A stretch of 63,389 nucleotides of DNA, counting the filler, from Octopus bimaculoides (taxonomy: Eukaryota), in NCBI RefSeq assembly GCF_001194135.2. It is 6 parts of 5 records of this genome, joined end to end, with 100 filler letters (N's around TTAATTAATTAA, not from the genome) between each part and the next. Parts side by side here need not be neighbours in the genome. Positions count along the whole stretch, not along the records: positions 1 to 27,900 come from NC_068987.1; 5 more parts are not named here. One strand, 5' to 3'. Positions 1 through 14,595 of the stretch are shown in pieces. Position 1 is the stretch's first letter. The number at the start of each line of letters is the position of its first letter. The notes beneath the pieces are model-generated. The model did no database searches. It was not told where the DNA came from and saw only the letters and a list, made by a program, of their open reading frames with translations. The position numbers were made by a program, and so were the translations under genes.

Positions 1-37
<37 letters not shown>

Positions 38-1614
38 GTATGTATATATATTTATAAACGGCGGTGCCCCATGATGGCCACAGCTTTGAGTTGAAACTGA
101 TGAAAAATATGGATGAATGTATGAATGAATGAAAGATTGCAAGAAATGCTATGCGGTTGCTCTATTACTATTTTTGTTATTCTGTAAATTCAAGACATTA
201 CGCTTGGTTGTTGCTTGCATCGACCTTCCTGAAGAATTCCCCTAGTCGTATAAATAGAGTCAGGGTCACGTTTTCGGAAATTTGATCTTCATATAATTGT
301 CAATAATATTTCCTTAAACATTATTTATATAATCCATGTTTTACAATTACTACCATTTTGATATTGAAAGGTTTAAATTTTAATTGCTGCGAATTACAAT
401 AATCTAAATCTCTTATAGCGTTTATCAAATGACTAAGTAACATTTTCTCGCAAACAGCAGGATATTCTAGCAATCAGTCAATAAGTTAACAACTGCGGCT
501 AATCGGTTTTGTAAAGCATTCATTATTGCCTAATCCAAAACCCACGCCTAACCCATTCTGGAAAGAATTTCCTGTGATTTCAAGAAGACTGCTTTTGAGA
601 TATCTCACGTGTAAGGTGATTAACGTCTCTATATTGGAAATAAATAATTGTACGCCTCAAATAAATGTCGAAAGCATTATTCAATTACCAAATTTAGTAT
701 TCTCAAACCTACTAAACATTTGGGACATAAAAAAACTTGGATTAATTACATCAAGTAAGTCGTAGCTGCATTTGAACATGACATGGGAAGACTACATTAC
801 GAATACTGTTCTATTAGAAAATTGTCATAGTCAAGGCATATGATTCATAATAAAGAAACAGTTATTCAAACGGTTTGCGGAGCGAAAGCAGAGGTTTACT
901 AAAAAAATAACTCTAGAGAATTGACCACAAGACTAGACTAAGACGCGATGATAAAATCGTCTAAAAATCACAGAGTTTGAGACGAATACTTTGAAAAATA
1001 AATTCGAACTCCTTCCAGCTAGTGTCATTGTTTTATTGCTAGAAGTGACACGTTCGAAGGCAACAGACAAAGTGGACTTGGATGAATATAAAGAATACAA
1101 AAGACAGAATATGACCTACGCTCTCAGTCACTTTGGAGTTGAACTCCTGGAAAATGGGAAATAACCGGTGATATATGTAAGAATATGTTGCGCTTGACAT
1201 GTAGTCTTCTGTCAAAAACCCCATACGCGGGTTCACAAATACTTGCTGAGAAACCTGCACACATGATTTGTTCATAATGATTAAATGATCATGCTGTTTA
1301 CGCCCGCCATCAAATTTATATAACTGGTACAGAAACACGGTTCGACAGAACAGCCTGATGACAAGGTCAAGCACTTCCACATATATGTATGTATGTAAAC
1401 ATGCATGCATATATAAATGCATATATACATACACACACACGTATGTACGTATAAAGATTATGCAGTTACTTTCAGAAGTCTTTGCATTTTGATACAACTA
1501 CACCCATCTATTTTTTACAAATCTGGCATTTGACAAAGAATTTTTGGATTTAATTTTAAAATGACTTTTGAATAAAAGAATTGCCTTTTTTCGCATAACA
1601 CACACACACACACA

Positions 1615-1660
<46 letters not shown>

Positions 1661-2481
1661 TGTATGTATGTATATCCGTGGTTTTGCTTTCCAATGTTGG
1701 CTTTTTCTGATTTCTATATTTCGTTTGTTTATCTTTATCTCCGTTTTCTTGTCCAGTAAAATTATATTATAAACATGTTTATTCCTGATGTTATATTATT
1801 GAAATAATATTTTTCCTTTGCATCGTGGCCAAAATCTCAGTTTAAATTGTATTTCTAGACAGATGAATATTTTAGGCATTCTCTTTCACCTCAGTATTCA
1901 TAAATATTTTTACGCCACTTCTCTTTGTGTGTTTCGATTTATAGATAGAAATATATATTAACATACGTTTCACGAGTGTCTTTTTTTTTTCTCATATGTA
2001 CTGTTAATTCATTTCTCAACTTCTATGTAAAGACTCTTCTGAATTTAAGTGTGGTCATATGTTACACTATACAATTTCTTGTTATTCTATGAGCAGACAA
2101 GTCTGCGTCTCTTGAATGGTGTTCTTATAAACTGTCTTTGATGCAAAATACTTAAATCTTGTCTACTAGTAGGTTATCCAACTAGAGTTAATTCGATAAG
2201 AAGTGTCAACAGGTTTACATAAAAAGAAGGATAAAAATGATAACACAAACCATATGTAGAATAAAAAAAATCAAATTGGTTGGATACGATGTTTATCTTC
2301 GTGCACTTACGAAATTATTTCCATCTTTGAATAATGAGAATAATAATAATAATAATAACAATAATAATAAAGACATCTGAAACGATATATTAACTTTAAG
2401 TCGATGACTGTATGCAATTAAGCCTTTGTTTTGGCGGAATCTTACACAAGTCTATTCTGTCATACAGTCGTATAATGATGC

Positions 2482-2516
<35 letters not shown>

Positions 2517-3854
2517 GGGNNNNNNNNNNAACATAAAATAATAATAATAATAATAAAGAATATAATTGAATAACCGTGATTTAGTAGCAAATTGGATGCA
2601 TTATCCATGCACCGTGTCTGTAATGATATATATTTTTATATTTATATAAGACACTGGGACCATATTTTTTGTATTTGCTGATAATGAATATCACAAAATC
2701 TACAAGATTACAAACACATACAAATAACGTTTGGATATTATTTTTTGATGATGACGTTAACAAAAATAAATGAAGTGCATGAAATATAGAATTCTTTTTC
2801 TGTATAAATACCGAGCTTCTTTAACATATCTAATTATTGAATAATGATTAACATTTTTTCATCTCGTGCAGACAACTCGAAATTGAATACGTCATTATTG
2901 CTTTCATTTCATCAATTCCACTCCAATACCTCTCTATTCCTACCAGAATTATATACCTATAAATATGCACCCACATGCACACATACATATAAACGCACCC
3001 CATGCCCACTGACTAAAACGCACAAATAAATACACAAACATATACACACACACTTATGCACATATCCATACAAACATGTACATATTAAGACGAAAGTGTC
3101 TGCCATTTTTGATGACTAGTTTTAGAAATAAAACACATTATCAGATTGTGACTGTGATATAGTCAATGGAAAGGTGAGTGCTGAGGTGGATGTGAGGTAG
3201 TTTCTAATGTTTTATAGCAGTGATATTGGCAAAAATAATGCTTTCATTACATTTAAATCTAACAAAAATTTAAAGGAAATAAATAATATTTCTTTGTTGG
3301 ATACACAGTAAATAACTATCTGTAAGGGATATAATTCCTAGTATCAATCTCAGTGTATTAATGGTACACACATTATTGATTGTGTAAAATTGGAACTCGT
3401 TTAAGAAGGGATAAATTAAACACTCAAATGCATCGGTGTCTGTGTTCTATTATGTCGACCGTTACTTGTCATCGTATAAAATTTCACATACGCTTCTCAG
3501 CTTAGAAATAAAGTAATGAATTTTACGAAAAACATGTAAAAATTAAAAATAACAGATTTACATTATTTAAGCTGAAAATTATTATATAGGCCCTTTTATC
3601 CCAAATCTCGTCCTGCCATACATTTAGACACTTAGACACTATATGTCTTAATAATGAGTCAACGTTTAGTTATGCCATTATGAGTAATAGATTTATTATC
3701 CAACGATAAGAAATTAAATGGCAATTAAAAAGAGACGCATTTGTATTTTTCACATTTCTAAAATATAAACAATATTTATTTCTTTTTCATTATGTTCAAT
3801 GCTATTAACTCTCTCTCTCTCTCTCTCTCTCTGTCTGTCTGTCTCTCTCTGTCG

Positions 3855-3890
<36 letters not shown>

Positions 3891-4765
3891 GCACCTGGTC
3901 GTCGATACATATTTTTACGCATTTGTCTTTTCCACGCCACACTTCTTTTCTCTATTGCTCCACATTTTGTTTCACATCGTTATCATTCCTCTTCCGACGC
4001 GTCATGGAATTCCATGTTGTTGCAAATCGGAATTCCGGAACGCAAATCATACAACCGTTTATACATAAAAATACCAATCGTTAAATACACAGAACGGTAC
4101 GAAATACCTAAAAATCTATTTGAGGACAAATTTCTAACGGAAAAAAAAAAACGAGTGCAGTTAATTCTTAGAAGAAAACGTTACTCACCACAAAAGACCG
4201 TGATGGCGGGTGATAGGTGAATGTTCTTAAAATGCACTTTATATAATCATCATTAACAACTACTGTAATGGTGAAGTACTTAACCAAATATGTCACATAT
4301 TTGGGATACAGAGCTCGCTATGATCACATCCCTAGTATTATTTATATTACTTTTAGATTTCGGAGTGTTATAAGCAAAAAACTGACTGATATACCTTATT
4401 TAGAGTTATATTGTGTAGTCGAATAACTTATCTTGCAGTTTGCTTATGCTTTTTAATAATCAGATTCTTATATATGAATTTCTTGGCCGCATAATCATCT
4501 AAAACTTCTTCGAACATTACATTTGCCAGTGCCACTATATCATATCGTATTTATCGCAAACTTACTGTCAATAAAAAAAAACATCTGTTAGACACAGGTG
4601 TAATCTGGCGATATATTTTTCGACACACCATTCAAATCTGAGGGTTGTATATCAAGTAAAAAATAAGCTATATTATCTGCAGTAATCATAATGTTGAACT
4701 TTCCCCAATAGTTTCTAACTGTAGTTAACGGCTAACTGTAGTCTCTTCCTTAATAGTGTCCTTTG

Positions 4766-4803
<38 letters not shown>

Positions 4804-6260
4804 ATGTGTGTGTGTGTGTGTGTGTATTTCATTTTGATGCCCTAATAAAAAAAGGAAATATGTGAACAACGCTTTCGTATCATCGTTTATTTTTAATACC
4901 TCTCCGATTCCACATGCATTTTCTGAATATTTAAAGCCTCATGCTGATTTTTCGACAGCGCAAATATAAGTTCCAGTAGACACAACATTGCAATGAAGTT
5001 CAATTTCATCCGCAGTTTATCCTTGTTCTAGTGCGTCTTGCAGAAATTTTGTTTAGCTCCTCATGATAATAATTTCAGCATCTATATCCATTCTGGTAGA
5101 TTCCTTGGTCATTTTAATTTAGTACAACCTAAAGCTCCGATCAAATTTTTCAAACCCGCTTTTCCTAGGTAGAATATATTTCATATTAGAAATCATATGT
5201 GCATCTCTCTATAAATCTTCATACCAATTTAAAATTTCAATTGAATAATCACTGTCATTATTGATACAATACGTCTAATCTCAACGACGACCGTTACATA
5301 TAGGAGACATTCTAAGTTAAGCATTATATTGAAACTATGTAAAAAAAAATAATAAATGAAAATAAACAGACAAAATCGCTGCTCGTGTATTTGACATCAT
5401 TTACTTTTTATTATGAAACGCAAGTTGAACAGCCAACACCACAACCTCTTTCTTTCCACACTTGCACATTTACTTCCACTTTCTGTCTGCCAATGCGCTT
5501 TACTGTACCAATTTGTGGTTATATCCCACAGAGTTAGATTCAGACACTGATCTGCATCAAAAATAGAACAGTGGAATCCGCTTTTGTCAGAAAAATATGT
5601 AGTGTCATTACTTTAGAGAAAAACGTCAATGCAAACAAATGTGTTGGTGGAATCTCGTCAATGGTTGAGATCTGTGCATTGTCGGAAGAAATTTTATGGA
5701 ACAAACATTAATAAAGTGATGAACGGCCAAAGTGTCGTAAGTGATGAAAAACAATGTCGCCTGAATTTATGCTGTACACTCAGAGACAAGTTAACCATTG
5801 AAAATTGTGCCGGTCGTTCTTGTAAACAATGTAAGGAACTATATATGAAGAGGAATAAAGCGTGAAAACAATATTTTAGTAGAAAACGGAATAAACTTAA
5901 TTAATCGAGGTGCTAAACTGTAAGAAACAAGGAAAAATTAATATATAAAAATGGATATAAGATGGTGAAAATAACTGCTGGTCGTATACCGAATATAATA
6001 TATTTGTACAAAAGTATTATTGTTTTATATATATATATATATAAATAAAATCAAAATAAGCAACACGGATTTTAAAGATGATTGCAGTACGCACGTCTCA
6101 TGCTACTCCATTTATTTAAGTAATGCGAGCATTTCATTAAATGCAATATGTAGAGCAATCTTCAGCTGCACAAAAATATAGAAAAATTACAGTAGAATAG
6201 ACATATTATAATTTTGGCAACATTTAAAATCCAAGTGGGAAGAAGAATACATAAAAATTT

Positions 6261-6308
6261 ATCTTGACATAGCCAAGGCTAGCAGGCTAGCCTTGGCTAT
6301 GTCAAGAT
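6261..6308. repeat. Perfect 48-bp hairpin (23-bp arms, AG loop)
   Basis: ATCTTGACATAGCCAAGGCTAGC-AG-GCTAGCCTTGGCTATGTCAAGAT. Confidence 0.97.
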
Positions 6309-6494
6309 GGATATATATNNNNNNNNNNNNNNNNNNNNNNNNNNNNNNNNNNNNNNNNNNNNNNNNNNNNNNNNNNNNNNNNNNATCTTATATATATATA
6401 TATATATATATATAGACATACACACCCACACACACATAAATCGTGATATTAGTTTTAAAATTATTATTCACATAACTTCATATTACTGGTGAGT

Positions 6495-6915
6495 GAAAGC
6501 GACGAACGTGCAGAATTGTTACAGTACCAGAAAAAATGCTTTGTGGCATTTCTTCGGGTATTACATTATAAGTTCAAATGTCGACTTTGGCTTTCATACT
6601 TCCGGGGGTCGATACAATAAGAAGCAATCGAACAATACGGTTGATGCAATCGACTAACCTCTCCCCACATATAATGTCAGGCCTTGTGCGTGTTATATAA
6701 AGAATATTGACTTCAAATTTTGGCAAAAGACCAATGATTTCGGGAGATGAAGCAAGTCGAGTACTTCGTCCCTAGTATTTTACTGGTACTTATTTTATGG
6801 ACTCCGAAAGGAAGAAAGTCAAAGTCGATCTCGGTGGCATTTCACCTCAGAACGTAAAGACCGCCGAAATGCTGCTAAGCATTTCGCCCGGCGCACTAAC
6901 GATTCTACTAGTTCA
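6495..6915. mobile_element. Two family-A SINEs, tail to tail
   Basis: tRNA-like head (GAGTTCAAATTCC B box) and a central GTCGACTTTGCCTTTCATCC..GGGGTCGATAA..AGTACC block resembling the Meta domain; + copy then - copy. Confidence 0.8.
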
Positions 6916-9549
6916 CCGACTTATAATAGAAAGAATATTGCTAGTGGTAGTTACCAAGTGGAATTCCACTTTCTTTCAATCTCTTTTTTGTTTGTTTGCA
7001 ATATCTACTTCTCTGACCTTCTTTTCTCATATTTCTCTTACTTTCCAACTTACTCTCACTCTGCCTCCCGTTTTCAATTCTCTATGCGTGTATTTATATA
7101 TTATTCTGTTAATATGTATATATGCGTGATGCGTGTATGCGTGTGCGTGTGCGTGCGTGTATTCATGCTTGTATGTAACAATACAAGATGTCACAGCACA
7201 TTTCCACAATCTGGTCGATGACAGTTGAAATGAAACTTGATGACAGCTACTTCAAAGCAATTTATAAAGGATTCATAATATACTGCTCGGTATTTAGCCT
7301 TCGGGGAGCTAGAACATAGCGGAAGTTTATGAGTTTCTTCAAAACTCGGATGTCACGCACTTCTTTTATTGGAATCTGTGGCAGATGTCAACATTTGGGT
7401 TTCTGTGCTGCTGTAATACTTGTCTACATTGTGAAAAACAGTTACTGAATTAGACCAAGAATATCAGAACAATGTCTATTTTGTATGATGTATGGCTTCA
7501 TAATACTAATCTCTGTGGCTACCAATCACTCACTTGTCATCTATACAGACACACCATCATAAATACTTTCCATCGACAGCTAATGATGGAGCGGTAGCAT
7601 TTTCTTTTCTGTAGTAGTAAACCAATTTCTTCCACGGTATAATTTAGATCTACATTGCATTACATTCTTTATGAAACATTCGGAAATAACATGGTCGACC
7701 TGTATTTTGTATTCTTAATTACACATGTCTCCCCGTTCTCCTCTTCCTACCCCTCCTCCTCTTCCAAATTCTTCATTTTCCTCCTCTTCGTTCTACTTCT
7801 CGCCCCCACAAGTCTTCATCAACCTGATTTATTTCGAAACATATTTACAACGCTGATCACATCTGTTTTATGAACTTATTTCGTATAAGATCACGTTATC
7901 TTACGGGTCTGTTAAATGAATGACAACATGCGATCGGGACTTTATTTCACTTCTATTTCTAGTAGGTCATGTGTTTATGAATATGTTCTCTCATTAGTTC
8001 AACAAAAAGTGTAATAGAAAATTTATTTCTCATTATGGAAATATTCGTTAGTGCTGTGGCAGAAGTATTTTTGAAGGAATTCTTCAGGTTGTCACTGAAT
8101 TTTGAGCTGATTAATATTGATAGCCTTGGTGCGGTTTAACTTTAGGTCACATGTGGTTGAGTAGATCTAGTTATGACAAAATTGAATTTTTGAATATCTA
8201 TGACTAAAGTGTTCTATGTTCCATTCTTTCCTTAAGAGAGTAATGTTGAGTTCGAGAGAGATTTGCTTGCAGGTCACGGGACGACGTAAAGGTTTTCTTG
8301 TTGATTCATGATTAATGTTCGTTTCGTTATAATATGGCTGTTCGTCAAGAGAAACAACACTATTCTTACAAGCAGTGATAGAACCATTAGAAAATACCTC
8401 CAGATAATCTAATACAATCTATACATTCAATCTTGTGAATCAGATCTAATCTTTAAGTTGAATTTATGTTTGTGTCCACTTGGTTGTACATTCAGGACAT
8501 TCTTTATAAACAGGAAACCGTCAGCTTTTGTAAGGAATTATTAATTATTTTTACATTCAAGTTCTCATTTATGTTTCAGCGATATGAAACATGCTAGTGG
8601 AATAAAGTGTTGCTGCATTCTGAAGAGGTTTTTAATCTTTCATAAGATATTTGCATATTGCTGTTTCCTATTATATTTCTGTCATTGTTTAATGTCGTAT
8701 ATTGGAATACAAGTATTTGAGATGTTAATTTGAATGGTAATTTATATGAAAATTCTTGAATTTTGATGCATGTACGCTTTAAAAATGAATTTATCAAGAA
8801 AGTGTACGTCCAACAAATGTTTACCAGTAGAACTGAAGCTTCACTGATTAATACTGGATGGGTGGGAAATTATCACCAGCTTCTGTTACAGCCGTGTGCA
8901 TCCTCAACATATTCAATCAAAGAGGACATGGTTCAAGGGACTATAATTATTCATTGTAGATATTTTGTTCTCAGTATTTGCTCGTTGCCGAAGAGGGTTT
9001 CAAGTTTTGTGAAAGCCTTAAACCATTCGCTTGTGCGTTGTATTATTACGGAAAAAACGTCTCAAGTTCAATCCTAACGTTCATTTCACATGAGAAAAAA
9101 ATTCATGACAAAACATTAAATAATATAATAATACATAGGTCATGAGTGTAGAGTTTTTCAGTTAATACGCATACACATACATGCCTGCATATATACAAAG
9201 GTACATATACACATACACACATACGTTACGGCCTGCTAAACTATCATTGGACTGTGATTTGTTTGAGCTTATCTTCGCATTATATAGTCTAAGCTAACTT
9301 AAAATTTTCAGGGGTAGTCTGATGATGGCTTAGTTGGCAGGAGCTTCCATGTCACTGTCAATACTATTCTTGTGAAACAATGATAAACATGTATTCTGCA
9401 AAAATTATTGAGTATGTTTTCAGTTTAATGTACAAATGTTTTATCATAAGTTAGCAATAAAAACAAAACAAACATTAATATAACTCGGTTCTGACATGTG
9501 TGCTATCATAACATTATTTGTAAAACAGCAAAAGTTGCAGCAAGGCCCA

Positions 9550-9950
9550 ATACATTTCTCTACGAAAAAATACAAATTATAACCAAGAATCAATTCCTGA
9601 ATCACTAATCCAAATATTTTGCCAAAAGACATACATGGAGAATTTATCATTACGAAAAATACTGAAAGGAGAAATATCCCACTAACAACTATGGTTTTAA
9701 GACGTTAAATATCCTCAAACCAATCTATTGCTATCAACCTTTGACGAAGATCTATTCGAAATGTTAAAGCAATACGATTTAACAAGCAACCGAACGGCCA
9801 GCAGAAATAACTGAAACAGAATGTCAAGCTGATAATAACAAACCGAAGCATATTTGTAAGAACAGAGAAGACAAACAGCCTTTACCAGATAAGTTAAAAT
9901 GCTATTAACTACTTTCTTCCTAACACAATCTCCTAGAAATAAGAAACTAA
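9550..9950 (+). mobile_element. Penelope-like element, N-terminal fragment
   Basis: Frameshifted pieces FAKRHTWR, NNYGFKT, DEDLFEML, IRFNKQPN..LKQNVK..IFVRTEKTNSLYQI resemble the N-terminus of Penelope/Poseidon ORFs. Confidence 0.55.
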
Positions 9951-11674
9951 ATATGTAGCTTTAAATCGTACCTAGAACATAGAAATCTCTACAATGATAC
10001 CGATATCATTTGTTGGTATACTCCAAAAACCTCCCGTCCGTACATGGTGATAAAAACACGTATAACGATAATGGCAACTCCTTCTTTCTCCCCTCTAGAA
10101 AGGAACTTTCTTTCAAGCAATATTTTCTTTAGTGTAACTGTAGCCAAGAAACTTCAAAGTCACTAGTAATACTTTTCTTGTTAAAGAATAATATATGTAA
10201 ATATGTATGAGTGTACACAAACGTGCCTACTTTCATACATGCATAAGTGTGGAGAGAGGCAGAGAAAAACAAAGAAAAAAAACATGACTTGGGTTATCAA
10301 ATAAGGTATAGATAAACCAATAAATATAACATAATGACGGTAAAGCGAACGCGCGTCAATGAAAAAGCGTATACGTATAGAGCGAACAAATGACATTCAA
10401 AGAAGTGTATGTAATCTCTAACGGATGAAAAAGACTAAAATCTACAATTTCGATCGATAGCCTCTATGAAAGGACGGAAATGGAATTAAGAAAGACATAA
10501 TGAGATATATACATGAAAATATAGATATACATATACACACAAACACACACACATATATATGTATACATACATACATATATGTGAGCTTACTCGTACAAGC
10601 TACCTTGTGAGTACATTCGTGAGTGCTTGTTTGCATACATGCATTTCCATAGTTCTAATTACATTGTCAAGCTCAATGACTGGCAATTACCTATTTGTAT
10701 TTCTAGATACAAATATACATGTCAACATGGATTAACGTAATCCATGATGACAAGTGTATTCATGAAAGAGCCATAATCCAAATGTGTTAGCTGAATGGAT
10801 AATTTATTCATTTCCATTATCTGAACTTTCTATAGATTGCACTTAGCATCTGTCACATTCATACTATTATCTCCTTCACATTCCGTTTCTCTCTATAAAC
10901 ATATTCCTCATATATGTATGTATATATATATATATATATATATNNNNNNNNNNNNNNNNNNNNNNNNNNNNNNNNNNNNNNNNNNNNNNNNNNNNNNNNN
11001 NNNNNNNNNNNNNNNNNNNNNNNNNNNNNNNNNNNNNNNNNNNNNNNNNNNNNNNNNNNNNNNNNNNNNNNNNNNNNNNNNNNNNNNNNNNNNNNNNNNN
11101 NNNNNNNNNNNNNNNNNNNNNNNNNNNNNNNNNNNNNNNNNNNNNNNNNNNNNNNNNNNNNNNNNNNNNNNNNNNNNNNNNNNNNNNNNNNNNNNNNNNN
11201 NNNNNNNNNNNNNNNNNNNNNNNNNNNNNNNNNNNNNNNNNNNNNNNNNNNNNNNNNNNNNNNNNNNNNNNNNNNNNNNNNNNNNNNNNNNNNNNNNNNN
11301 NNNNNNNNNNNNNNNNNNNNNNNNNNNNNNNNNNNNNNNNNNNNNNNNNNNNNNNNNNNNNNNNNNNNNNNNNNNNNNNNNNNNNNNNNNNNNNNNNNNN
11401 NNNNNNNNNNNNNNNNNNNNNNNNNNNNNATATATATATATATATATATACATATGCGCACAGTCACACTGAATTAAACAAAGTATATGCGGACTATGCA
11501 AAATGTACATTGTATGAGGTATGGTTTGAAACTAATTTTGTTTCTTATGGATATTAATCCGACTTTACGGTCACACCATTGAGAAATATTGTTCAGCAAC
11601 AAATACTGAAGAACCGATAGTATATTTCATTTTTGTTGTCTAAAAAAATCTCATGCTATAAATACCGTTAATTT

Positions 11675-11827
11675 TTCTTCTTCTTCTTCTTCTTCTTCTT
11701 CTTCTTCTTCTTCTTCTTCTTCTTCTTCTTCTTCTTCTTCTTCTTCTTCTTCTTCTTCTTCTTCTTCTTCTTCTTCTTCTTCTTCTTCTTCTTCTTCTTC
11801 TTCTTCTTCTTCTTCTTCTTCTTCTTC
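11675..11827. repeat. Pure (CTT)n microsatellite (~50 units)
   Basis: Read directly; explains the poly-R ORF. Confidence 0.98.
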
Positions 11828-12129
11828 GCCACATCACACTTTATTAGTCAAACCTCACTACATAACTCCACGAAAATATCGAATTTTGTGTCGTATATGT
11901 CCTCGCCCTCTGGGCGGCACACTGGTATGTGACCCTATTACTTATGTTTGGGACCTGAGTGGACTTTTTTTTGCTCAAGGAAGCTAGGCGTCACTTGGTG
12001 CAGGAAGCGAAACCACAATCTTATGAACATAACAGCAACGCGTTAATCACCAAGCCACACGCCTCCACATCGACACACCAACACGCATACACGTTCGCAC
12101 ACACATAGACACATGCACACACAAATATA

Positions 12130-13680
12130 TATACCAGAGTAAGCACATAAATGTGAAACAATGTGAGAAAAAATAGTACTCGAATTCCAGAGGTAGATTA
12201 ATATGCTATGATTAAAGCTGCAAAGACATCACAAAAATATCACAAAAAATTTTACTCCGAGTATCACGTTCTCAATCACAACTGTCCGACGAACAGGAAC
12301 CTGAAACACTGAGTAGCAAATTTTTCTTATGTTTTTGTGCTGTTTTTGCAGTTTTATTACTAAAGTGTATATATACCCAAGAAAGTTAGGGGTTGTGAAT
12401 CCAACCCACTAAGGAATAATATCTATCCAATATACTGCTTGAAGAATACCCAATTATTATTACACCAGTGTTTTTTTAATTGCATTAGCAAGTGCCATAA
12501 ATGGGTGCGTATAAAAATATATTTTACCATTAGTTTATATAGAAATAAAAAAAATGGAGGGGAATAGGTGGTATTCATCAACTTGCAGACATTGTATTGT
12601 GTCAATTTTCTTGTTCATTTGTTTACTAAAAGGACAATAATAACATTATACAATATCCCATTTTCTGTCACTATATGTCATTTTTTTAATTATAGATCTG
12701 ACATAATATTTGACATGTGTTTATATATTGTTTTTATTGTCCAGAAGTAATGTTACACTGGTATATAGAATTTTAAACTTTAGAGTTACTTGACATAGAC
12801 TTGATTCTGTTGTAATTGACTTCAGATACAATAACCTTGTTATTAATATTTCTAGGGGGTTGGATGGTATTAGCTAAATTAATGTTAGTATTATTAAATA
12901 TGTCCCTATTCAACAGGCTAATATTATGTGAGGAGATAATTTGTAAGAGATCTGTTTGCGTTGGAAAACCAATACTGTGTGTGAGTTGATAATGGAGTAA
13001 TGCCTACAATTCTTTGGAAAATTCCTATTAATAGCTTCACGAAACAGCAAAGGAAGATTAGATTTAATTTGCCTCCCATAAGGAATAAATAACCAAATGG
13101 TTTTACTATTAGTTTCCTTATTTTTAGTGTAACTAACTTTGAAAGATATATATGTACCTTTAGAACGAAAATAGGGTTTTAAATAAGGGTTATCTCCCTT
13201 GCTCTGTTTCGTTTGGAGTATAAATTAAAATTGATATCGTTTATATCCTTACAACTAGATTTCATCTCTCCATTAGTAAAGGTAGAATAAGATTGACTGG
13301 AATTAATGTAGGTAACTTTCTCTGTATAACCTGCTTTGAGTAAGGCAGAGTTATAAAATTCGGCCTGATCATTGAAAATGTCAATATTAGCAGATAACTT
13401 AGACAATGTAAATGAAATATTCTGAACAAAGTTCCTAGTAATTGCTCTAGAATGATTACTGAATTTGCTAATATACTTAAGATCGGTCGATGGTCTTTGG
13501 TATGGGAAGTACGAATTATTGTAAGTTAAGTGTAATATCTAACAATTTGGCCTTCGTTACATCATAAAAAGTGATGCTTAAGCCCATTCTACGGAAAAAT
13601 TTAACTAAACTATTCTTAATGTTTGTACTTTTTGGTCGGAAACCTGTGTCAGAAGTAAAAGAATTTGAATAACACATGCG
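12130..13680 (-). mobile_element. Decayed Penelope-like element (RT thumb, linker, GIY-YIG remnant, terminal region)
   Basis: IKNSLVKFFRRMGLSIT..LLDITLNL, KYISKFSNH, FNDQAEFYNSALLKAGYTEKVTY, TIWLFIPY..INRNFPKNCRHYSIINSHT, SIYQCNITS. Confidence 0.78.
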
Positions 13681-14560
13681 TTTAACTCCATTTAATTATT
13701 TATTTATTTATTTATTCATATATTTATAAATATGTACATATTGCCACATATATCAAAATGGGAATTTACAAGTTTACAGAAACTCTTGGAAGTATTTATT
13801 TATAATTAAATATATTTCATTTCCTAACAAGAGTAATAAAATTGTAGAAGACATATAAGCTGTCTTTTGATTTTTAATAGTAAATGTCTTACATGCTTTC
13901 TACAACACATACAATTTTATGAATAAATAATATCAAAAAATATACCAATTTCCTCATTCCATTTTTAAACGTTTCGCAAAAGTATTTTCCAAACTTTTCA
14001 GCTCTTATCTAAAGGGCACTCATACACATCGTGTAAAGGATACTGATTTGGAATACTGGAATAAGGAGTGCTTGAAGCGGACACGGCTTGCATAATTAAT
14101 CCTACCTATATAATACACACACACACACACACGCACATACATATATGCATATGTGTGTGTGTATAAATGTATACACGCTACACGCATACACTCACAAGTA
14201 CAAATCGCCACACACACACATACACACACATATGTATTAGTATTTGTTTTTATGTTCAATTGCAATAGAGATAAATTTACATTACATTTCATGGGTTGCT
14301 CCATAATTTGTAGAGTACAAATTTATTATTCTTATTCAAGAATTTTGTAGATAGTGACTTCGAATTTCGTCCAGCTAAAACAGCTGCAGTCTGAAGATGG
14401 CTTATGTGACTGATGATGGTTATTCGAGGTCAATATGAAAAATATTATTGTATAAGAATATTACGAACACGCACATACACAGACATATAGATACGTATAT
14501 ATAAATGCGCGCGCGCCTGTGTGTGTATGTGTGCGTGTGTGTGTGTGTCTGTCTGTCTGT

Positions 14561-14595
<35 letters not shown>

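Noticed and set aside
955-1164. 69-codon open frame (..DKVDLDEYKEYKRQNMTYALSHFGVELLENGK*)
   Set aside because: No start codon, no convincing splice sites and no recognisable family; the partial EF-hand look is too weak.
5629-5865. Cys-rich 78-aa ORF with vague piggyBac C-terminal resemblance
   Set aside because: Cys spacing does not fit well, and no catalytic-domain remnant or TTAA-CCC termini were found.
8760-8960. Possible Helitron/PIF1 Walker-A-like TFLINSFL on the minus strand
   Set aside because: The GxxGxGKT core is absent and no other helicase motifs are present.
10837-11510. Long ORFs over N-gaps (also 19617-20422, 33289-33909, 35961-36959, 57303-58103, 59234-59728, 60749-61405)
   Set aside because: Open only because Ns and microsatellites contain no stops.
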